Virus record (IMG/VR): IMGVR_UViG_3300025018_000138
Span: 10,816-74,815 of that record
Reading direction: 5' to 3' (one strand)
DNA length: 64,000 nucleotides
From: a virus
Taxonomy: Duplodnaviria; Caudoviricetes
Numbering within the stretch: the stretch's first letter is position 1; each line of letters begins with the position of its first letter. The notes under the pieces were generated by a model. The model was not told the origin of the DNA and did no database searches. It saw nothing but the letters and a program-made list of their open reading frames with translations. Below, piece by piece: positions 56,729-64,000 of the stretch. The position numbers were made by a program, and so were the translations under genes.

Positions 56729-57085
56729 TTAACCTGCTTTAATAATTTTCGGTTTTCTTCCACGTTTTGATGGGGTTTTTACTACTGTATCATCCGTCTC
56801 ATCATCATTTTGGTCTTCTCCATTGAGATAATCTACATTTACATTAGTATCTTCTACCTTTTCGGATTTTACAAATTCAGGCTCTTTATAATAATTAGTA
56901 GCTTCAAATTCATATAAGAAGTTTAATCTTACAGGATGTCCACGCTCAACTTCTTCTGTTTTTCTGAATGATTCTGCTTGGTCAGTAGATACAAAATCTT
57001 TTTGAAAATGAAATCCAACAACTTTTTTATCAGTAGATAGAACTTGTACTTCGTATTTATATCGTTTTTCTACATTATTTTTCAT
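56729..57085 (-). CDS. hypothetical protein
   Basis: 118 aa. Confidence 0.5.
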   Translation of the reverse strand: MKNNVEKRYKYEVQVLSTDKKVVGFHFQKDFVSTDQAESFRKTEEVERGHPVRLNFLYEFEATNYYKEPEFVKSEKVEDTNVNVDYLNGEDQNDDETDDTVVKTPSKRGRKPKIIKAG

Positions 57086-57090
57086 ATTGT

Positions 57091-57534
57091 TTATTTTTTA
57101 TTGATTTTTTTTGTTTTAGTTTGTTTTGGTTCTTCGATATCTTTCATAATAGTAGAATCGACTAATTCTGTTGTCATATCAGCTTTTAATTCTTTGATTT
57201 CTATTTCATATTCATAATTTTGAATTATTTGCTTAACATGTGTATCACCACCTTCTTTAGCAGGGTCTACCGAAAAAGTATATTTTTGTGAGATTTGTTC
57301 GTCATCGAAAGGTGACTCATAAACTTGAGGATACAATTCTCCTTTGTTACTGTTAACATTATTATAATATACTAATTGAGGAGTGTAAACGCAACCATGT
57401 TGATTAAATAATTCAGTTTTTTTGGCTTCTAATTGATAACTTAATTCCTCTTCTGATTCAGATTCAAACAAAATTGTTTTGAATTCGTATTTTGTTCCAC
57501 CATTTTTTTGAAACTTGTATTTTGTGTTAATCAT
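57091..57534 (-). CDS. hypothetical protein
   Basis: 147 aa. Confidence 0.5.
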   Translation of the reverse strand: MINTKYKFQKNGGTKYEFKTILFESESEEELSYQLEAKKTELFNQHGCVYTPQLVYYNNVNSNKGELYPQVYESPFDDEQISQKYTFSVDPAKEGGDTHVKQIIQNYEYEIEIKELKADMTTELVDSTIMKDIEEPKQTKTKKINKK

Positions 57535-57544
57535 TATTGTTAAA

Positions 57545-58474
57545 TTAAAGATTTAAAAGTTCTAAAATTAGAGCAGATGTATTCATCTCTTTATCTATTT
57601 GTGTATTAAATTTAAAAGCATATGATGATATAAGAATTTTAGCATATACTAATTTATTTACACTTAGATTATCATCTACCCAATTATTCAATTCTGTATA
57701 GAATGATAAAAGTTGTAATTCTGAAAAGGATAATAACAACGGTCTTATATTTTTATATGTAAGTATAAGGTTTTTCTCATTTTTTGGAGTAGAATAAAAA
57801 TTTTCTAACAACTCGAAAATTGGTGTGTAAATATCAGAAGATGTTTCTTTATGGTCAAATGTATATGTATTATTTGATATACTTGCTTCTAAAGACATTA
57901 TCATACGTCTAATATCAGGAAAGTATCTATTGACTAATGCCATTACATCTTTTTTATCCGCTTCAATATTCTCAGCTAATATTACATTGCTCCATAAATG
58001 TCTTGCAACTTCTTTATTATCATTAGGTTCGATATGTAAAACTTCACATCTGCTGATGATTTCAGGGATGATTTTACCAACATTATTAGTTGTAAATATG
58101 AAACGAGTATCTTCTGAATTTGATTCGATAATATCTTTTAATGCTTTTTGAGCATTAGGTGTCAATTCTTCTGCTTCACGTAAATCTACAATCTTCATAG
58201 CATTCGTCATAGAAACTTTATCAACGAATGGCATAATTTCATCTCGGATAACATCAATACCACGTTGTTCTGATGCGTTATATGACTCGTAGTCAGCTCC
58301 TAATTCTTTTATAATGATATTAACTAACGAAGTCTTACCTGTCCCTGCCTTACCGTATAATATAAGGTTGGGAACAGATTTTTTTTCAATAAAAGATGAT
58401 ATCTTTTCACGTATTGAAGGGTTCAATACAATATTTTCTAAGCTGTTTGGTCTATATTTTTCTACTAATAACAT
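57545..58474 (-). CDS. clamp-loader large subunit (RFC/T4 gp44-like AAA+)
   Basis: VEKYRP, GKAGTGKT, NASEQRG, AQKAL, SRC, FPDIRR. Confidence 0.92.
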   Translation of the reverse strand: MLLVEKYRPNSLENIVLNPSIREKISSFIEKKSVPNLILYGKAGTGKTSLVNIIIKELGADYESYNASEQRGIDVIRDEIMPFVDKVSMTNAMKIVDLREAEELTPNAQKALKDIIESNSEDTRFIFTTNNVGKIIPEIISRCEVLHIEPNDNKEVARHLWSNVILAENIEADKKDVMALVNRYFPDIRRMIMSLEASISNNTYTFDHKETSSDIYTPIFELLENFYSTPKNEKNLILTYKNIRPLLLSFSELQLLSFYTELNNWVDDNLSVNKLVYAKILISSYAFKFNTQIDKEMNTSALILELLNL

Positions 58475-58475
58475 A

Positions 58476-60128
58476 TTATGGTTTTGAATAGATGGTTGAA
58501 ATTAATCCTTCTGTTTTAGAAAGTACATACAATGATGCTTTTCTATGAGATGCAATATATCCTTTTTCATGATGCCAATAATCAGGTTTAGCTAATGATG
58601 GTACGATAATATCGTAAACACCATCTGCATCTTCTGTTTTAGCTTTATGTAAATGTCCACTAAAAAAGTAGAAATTATCAAATAACAATGAGTTGATTTG
58701 TAGTTGATATTTAGCTTCATGAATTAAAAATTTTTGTAATGTATAGTTTCTATTTAATCCTGATGCCATTGGAAGTTCATCCCCATGCGTAAATGTAAGG
58801 AGATTTGTACCAAACGTAACATAATGACGTAGTTCCTTATTTGTAACAGTTTCCACGTGTGCTACATTTCTATAACGCTGATTGACTGATAATAAGAAAT
58901 TTAATGATAAAAGTCTATCATGATTTCCAGCTACATTGAAAAATTTGACAGGAATACCTAAATCTACAATCATATCAGTTAATTCGAAACCACATAGATA
59001 ACCATCGATAATCATATCGTAAACGTGCATCGACATATTATTATTTTGTGGTGTTCCTCTAGTTGTAGTTGATTGAAAGGTGTCAACATGGAACATATCA
59101 GAACCTAATGGAACATATATCACCGATGGTAGTCCATTTTTTAATCCTCTTTCAATTAATTTTGCATAAGAAGTTAAGATTTCATTTCTATAGACTGAAA
59201 ATGGGATATTAGTGTCAGGATATGACATTTTTCCAATATGTAAATCAAATGGTGGTAACACCCATGCACACTCACTATTTTCAAAATCAAATTCAAAATC
59301 TATGTCAAATGGAATTTGTTCATAAGGTGTAGCAATAGAATCGAGTTTTTCAATGATTGGTTTTACAACATATGTTTCTAATTCTCTATACTTTTGTGCT
59401 TCTTTTTTAATTTCATTCCATTTATCAACCTCAAACTTCTGATATAGGTTTGCTCGCCTATTCATTAATGCTTCTTCGATTAAGACATCATCTTCTTTAT
59501 TCAAAATTTCATCATCTAAAAATGGGTCTGAGTCATGTGTCCATCCCATGATAGTTTTTAATTCAATGAACCAAGGTCTAGGAATTTTAAAATCCCTACA
59601 AATTTCATTAATCGTTGAATCAACCCCATCCCAATTTGAATAACGTTCTTTTAATCTTTTTAAATCTTCATTGGTAACTACCAAAGGTTTTGGTGCAGAC
59701 TTTAAAAAGAATATGTGGTTTCCGTTTTCATTATCTTTGAATACCTTTTTTTTGTATTCACTAATAATACTATTAGTTTGTATTTCTTCTAATGTTTCTT
59801 CAATTTTATTTTCTTCATCTAAATGACTATTATCATTATCTTCATCTTCATCTTCATTATTATCAACATATTCGGATAAATAATTAGTTATAAATTGTAA
59901 CGTGTAATCCAAACCTTTTTTTAGATAAATAACATACCAACGATAAAATCGTTTTTGTAACGCATTATTAGTATCTCTTTTATCAGTTATTTCTTCCCAC
60001 ACAACAGATACAGTATTAAAAAATTTTTGTGGTGTCGGATTATTATTTTCTTTATTTTCTACAAAAAATTCAAATAAGTCAGTTAATTTATTTATTGCCA
60101 TGTTTTTTATGTTAGTTGTTCTATTCAC
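58476..60128 (-). CDS. metallophosphoesterase/nuclease with N-terminal extension
   Basis: DLHIG, GSD, GNHD, HGD, GHLH. Confidence 0.8.
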   Translation of the reverse strand: MNRTTNIKNMAINKLTDLFEFFVENKENNNPTPQKFFNTVSVVWEEITDKRDTNNALQKRFYRWYVIYLKKGLDYTLQFITNYLSEYVDNNEDEDEDNDNSHLDEENKIEETLEEIQTNSIISEYKKKVFKDNENGNHIFFLKSAPKPLVVTNEDLKRLKERYSNWDGVDSTINEICRDFKIPRPWFIELKTIMGWTHDSDPFLDDEILNKEDDVLIEEALMNRRANLYQKFEVDKWNEIKKEAQKYRELETYVVKPIIEKLDSIATPYEQIPFDIDFEFDFENSECAWVLPPFDLHIGKMSYPDTNIPFSVYRNEILTSYAKLIERGLKNGLPSVIYVPLGSDMFHVDTFQSTTTRGTPQNNNMSMHVYDMIIDGYLCGFELTDMIVDLGIPVKFFNVAGNHDRLLSLNFLLSVNQRYRNVAHVETVTNKELRHYVTFGTNLLTFTHGDELPMASGLNRNYTLQKFLIHEAKYQLQINSLLFDNFYFFSGHLHKAKTEDADGVYDIIVPSLAKPDYWHHEKGYIASHRKASLYVLSKTEGLISTIYSKP

Positions 60129-60161
60129 TCCTATGAATATTGATTAGTAAATATATATTAT

Positions 60162-60953
60162 CTATTTTTTTGGTGCTATAATAAATTGTTTATTATAAGA
60201 TACATCATTTTTATATAAATATAAAATGTTATTTACTGTAAGTATTGAAATGTTAAATTCATCATCAAACAAAGTTAATAAATTTAATAATTCTTTTGAT
60301 GAAAATTTAATTACCATTTCTTCTAATGTTTCAACATCACCAACTTCTACTGCAATAGAATTGTTTAATTTTTTATAATCCTTAGAAAAGATAAAGTAAA
60401 GTTTTTTCTTTTCAATCACCATATAAACGAATTCTGATTTTATGGACGACCCTTTCTTAATAACCTTCTTTATGACATCTGAAGTCATAACCATATCAAG
60501 TTTGGTATTAAAATTTTCAGGAAATGTAACATTTTTAACAATAGATTCCTTTGCTAAAACGAATTTAGCTAATGTATTCTCTAATTCATCCTCTATTTTT
60601 AAGTACAATGGAATATGCATTCTATTTTCAACTTCCAATGATATGATTGGATTCTTAATCGTTTTCATGAATGAAATAAGATTGGGTAAATCTTGTATAA
60701 TGAAAGATGAATCTGGTAAATCAATTGTGTTATCTTTCAATTCTATCTTACCCCTAATAGTATCGGAGTTATCAGACATAATGGATACGATTGATTTATT
60801 CTTTATAGAGAATTTTATCTTAGGTACTTGACCTGTTATAGTATTGAATATACCTTTAGCATAGGCAGATTCGAAAAAATCTTTTAAATTTGTATTTTGT
60901 TTCATAATCCTAGTAATTGTTCTAATGTTTCTCCATTGAATGGAACTCGCCAA
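60162..60953 (-). CDS. sliding clamp (T4 gp45/PCNA-like)
   Basis: 263 aa, two-repeat beta pattern, between PolB and clamp loader. Confidence 0.6.
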   Translation of the reverse strand: MASSIQWRNIRTITRIMKQNTNLKDFFESAYAKGIFNTITGQVPKIKFSIKNKSIVSIMSDNSDTIRGKIELKDNTIDLPDSSFIIQDLPNLISFMKTIKNPIISLEVENRMHIPLYLKIEDELENTLAKFVLAKESIVKNVTFPENFNTKLDMVMTSDVIKKVIKKGSSIKSEFVYMVIEKKKLYFIFSKDYKKLNNSIAVEVGDVETLEEMVIKFSSKELLNLLTLFDDEFNISILTVNNILYLYKNDVSYNKQFIIAPKK

Positions 60954-63616
60954 TCCAATGCATTATAATATAATTCTATCTTATTGTCAAGTAAACTTGA
61001 GATAGTTTTTTTATAATCAATATTTTCAATAACAAAATCATGGATTTTATCATCTATATATTCATTTAATGGTATAGCCATATTATCAAAACCATATAAA
61101 TTTTTTTCTAAGTATACCCACCCGATTTTATCACCACCTTGTATAGGTTTATATTTGGATAAAATATCTTCATATTTAAGATATTTGTTATAATTTGCAG
61201 ATGCTTTCACGGATGCAGGAGTTCCACTTATAAAGTCAAAGTTTGCACCTACATATTTATCATAGGTTTTAACACTAGATATCCTTGCGATTTTAGTATA
61301 ATCAGATACTGCATACGATTCCATCGTTGCATAAAAATCAGTTACTTTTTTATCAATTCCTTCATCATTGTAATCCAAGATATCAGATAGTAAATCTTTC
61401 ATAAAATCTTGACACACTTTAGGAAAATCAGAACGTACAATATCCAAACCTTTAATATCCATCTTAGGTTCTTGTAGAATTACACCCTCTTTAAGAGCAA
61501 TTTTATTTGCATAACGCTTTTTAACACCTGTATAAAATCCTGCCAATGCCACCCATTCTTCCTTGAAGAATAATTTATTATTATCTGAATTTAACCAATA
61601 TGTAGCAAATGTATCCATTCGTTCATTGATTTTATTAGATAATTTTTTTGAAATTTTAAGTACAGTATTCAACAATAAATGTTTATCTTGTTTCATCCAA
61701 TCTTTTCCGTACATAACGTATAGGATTGGTTCAGCAGTCATGATAATTGAATCTGTATCACCTGCTAAAATTGGGTCATTGAATAATTCTTTTAGTCTAG
61801 AATCTTCTATAATGTGGTCTAATTTATTATATAAATCTTGATGTAAATGGTACACTGTATCCATTGCTGACAAGTTAGCATATCTACCCGTTAAAGTTAT
61901 TGATTGAGCATTATCTTTATCGTAGAAACGGAAAAATTCGTTACATAAAACACCATAAATACTATTAATAACGATTTTCATCGTCCATTGTTGATTATCA
62001 TAGTATTCTTCAAGTTCGTGATTATTTTGTTCTAAATACACATCACGTAATTTCTTGAATTCTTTACGTTTATTAAAAATTTCCATAATAATCATAGGAA
62101 TTACACCCTGATTATCTTTTTTGTAAAAGACTCCATTACCCGAAAGTGTAAGATTTCTTTCATTCATAAACGTGTATAATGCTCCCATCGTAGGGATTTT
62201 ATAAAATTTATTCTCATTATACACTCTAACTTTGATATTAATCTCAGTATCGAAATCGGGTACTTCTAATGTGTCATTGAATATCTCATGGTTGATTTTA
62301 AAATGTGTTTTATCGTGTTCTGTCCATACTGTGATGTAGTTATCAATAATTGCGTATTTTGTCTCAGGAGATATATTTAGCGTTACATCAATCATTGGGT
62401 ATAGTGATGTTAAATCCTCATCATATGTGTATGAAAATCTACCTTTGCGTGGTGGTTTGACGTATGCACCCACAATTTTATCTGAATCAAACTTCTCTTC
62501 ATCTTCGTTAACTAAATCGTCATTACCGATTGAAAGGCGTTTATCCCATTCTGATATGGTAGTTGGTTTATTTGGAACAACTAAGTTTAACGCATTAGTT
62601 TGAGATAGGAATAAACCTTCGGTAGTAGCTACGGCACTAATCACATCCTCGTATGGTATGTGGGCAATATGAGCTAACATCCTAGCTTTATTAATAAATT
62701 TTAATTTTTCTTCTAAATCTAAAATTAACATAACGTCAATCACGTTATAATGAACATACAAATCGATATCAGAGTTAAATAATGTCTGAAGTGAACCATT
62801 GTATTTCACCTTTTCTTTACCCAATTCAATCTTAGCAATTTCATCCAATTTGTAGGATGGGCGTTGTTGCGGAGTATACTTTTTGTATAATTTTATGTAA
62901 TCTAAAACGGATATTCCTGCAATCTTAACTTTATTATTTTCAAGATTGTAAGTAACTGTGTCATAAGGTGATAGTTTGTTTACTAAACCATTATGAAATA
63001 ACTTTTCCATGCGATTGTATATGTACGGAAAATCATAAAAATCTACATTCCATCCTGTTATTAAATCTATCTGTTGTTCATTCCAATATATAATAAAATT
63101 TCTAAATAATTCCCATTCATCTCTACATAAAACTACATCATAACCATATTGGTACGAATCTTTATATCGTTTACTAGAATCTAATAAAAACGTTTTAATT
63201 TTTTTAGTAGAAAATTCAATCATTGTGATTGCTAATACAGGACTTGTAGATTGTTGAGGTGTAACAAAACCCGAATCAGTCATTTCAACCTCGATATCTA
63301 AACCCCAAATATTAACGTTTTTGCTAACATCATTGTTGTGACCAAACATGTCAATTAAGACTCTATGTTCAGGTTTAACATCAATTTCTAAGAATGTATG
63401 TGGGTCTTCTTTTCTTCCACAATGAACTTTTTTAACATAATCACCAAAAATACTTTTGTATTTTGTAGGGGTATCAGATTTGATATACGCATACCTATCG
63501 TACTCGAATTGTAAATATCCATTATCCGTGTTAAGGTGAACTAAGTTTGTTTTGTAATCGTAAAAGATGTTTTTATACATTGGTTTTAATTTAAAAACAA
63601 TTTTTATAAAAAACAA
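60902..63616 (-). CDS. family B DNA polymerase (start probably MYKNIFY)
   Basis: DIE, GWNVDFYD, YNVID exonuclease motifs; DLTSLYP, KIVINSIYG, GDTDS. Confidence 0.96.
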   Translation of the reverse strand: MFFIKIVFKLKPMYKNIFYDYKTNLVHLNTDNGYLQFEYDRYAYIKSDTPTKYKSIFGDYVKKVHCGRKEDPHTFLEIDVKPEHRVLIDMFGHNNDVSKNVNIWGLDIEVEMTDSGFVTPQQSTSPVLAITMIEFSTKKIKTFLLDSSKRYKDSYQYGYDVVLCRDEWELFRNFIIYWNEQQIDLITGWNVDFYDFPYIYNRMEKLFHNGLVNKLSPYDTVTYNLENNKVKIAGISVLDYIKLYKKYTPQQRPSYKLDEIAKIELGKEKVKYNGSLQTLFNSDIDLYVHYNVIDVMLILDLEEKLKFINKARMLAHIAHIPYEDVISAVATTEGLFLSQTNALNLVVPNKPTTISEWDKRLSIGNDDLVNEDEEKFDSDKIVGAYVKPPRKGRFSYTYDEDLTSLYPMIDVTLNISPETKYAIIDNYITVWTEHDKTHFKINHEIFNDTLEVPDFDTEINIKVRVYNENKFYKIPTMGALYTFMNERNLTLSGNGVFYKKDNQGVIPMIIMEIFNKRKEFKKLRDVYLEQNNHELEEYYDNQQWTMKIVINSIYGVLCNEFFRFYDKDNAQSITLTGRYANLSAMDTVYHLHQDLYNKLDHIIEDSRLKELFNDPILAGDTDSIIMTAEPILYVMYGKDWMKQDKHLLLNTVLKISKKLSNKINERMDTFATYWLNSDNNKLFFKEEWVALAGFYTGVKKRYANKIALKEGVILQEPKMDIKGLDIVRSDFPKVCQDFMKDLLSDILDYNDEGIDKKVTDFYATMESYAVSDYTKIARISSVKTYDKYVGANFDFISGTPASVKASANYNKYLKYEDILSKYKPIQGGDKIGWVYLEKNLYGFDNMAIPLNEYIDDKIHDFVIENIDYKKTISSLLDNKIELYYNALDWRVPFNGETLEQLLGL

Positions 63617-63749
63617 GCGTTAAATTAATTTTCAAACTTAATTTTTTATTTGGAAATTGAATTTTTTATATGTATATTATATTAAGAAAGAAAGTTAATA
63701 GATACAAACTATATAGTGATAGAAAATATCTATTTGACTTTAGTATTTA

Positions 63750-64000
63750 GTTATTATATATTATATAATAATTTATATATATATATATATATAATATATA
63801 TATATATATAATATATATAATAAATATAATATATAAATATTATATATAAATATATATATATATAATAAATATAATAAATAAATATAATATATAATATATA
63901 AATAAATATAATATATAAATATAATATATAAATAAATAAATATATATAATAAATATAATATATAAATAAATATATATAATAAATATAATATATAAATATA
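63750..64000. repeat. pure A/T low-complexity tract (TA, ATAAAT units)
   Basis: about 250 bp without G or C. Confidence 0.9.

Noticed and set aside
61700-61790. PolB motif AGDTDS instead of YGDTDS
   Set aside because: Catalytic Asp residues are intact; a minor natural variant.
1-64000. Stop-codon reassignment or suppressor tRNAs, as in some jumbo phages
   Set aside because: Long genes are intact in code 11 and no CTA/TCA/TTA anticodon tRNA was found.

Overview
A 64-kb, very AT-rich segment of a large (jumbo-type) tailed bacteriophage genome, mostly encoded on the minus strand in the standard genetic code. The host is probably in Bacteroidota, based on TTTG-N19-TAnnTTTR promoters, a Bacteroidota-style attC cassette site and a T9SS-like gene remnant. 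Core phage functions are: PolB, sliding clamp, clamp-loader subunits, Dda-like and SNF2 helicases, dNMP kinase, dUTPase, 5'-nucleotidase, PhoH, NUDIX, gp13-like neck protein, CHAP endolysin, GroEL with an intein in its GDGTTT ATP motif, and a glycosyltransferase/methyltransferase cluster. The most unusual part is an RNA-biology island at about 12-33 kb. It holds about 25 tRNA or tRNA-like genes, a Ro60/TROVE gene preceded by five Y-RNA-like elements of three architectures, two kinds of rearranged tRNA-like RNAs (Arg-ACG x2, Tyr-GTA), an 8/4 tRNA-Ser, several unannotated structured-RNA candidates, attenuator-like leaders, a CCA-adding enzyme plus a second nucleotidyltransferase, and free-standing homing endonucleases. 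There is also a solo TnpB element whose right end recurs 15.6 kb away, and integron-like gene cassettes. All calls come from motif reading and manual folding; no database searches were run.
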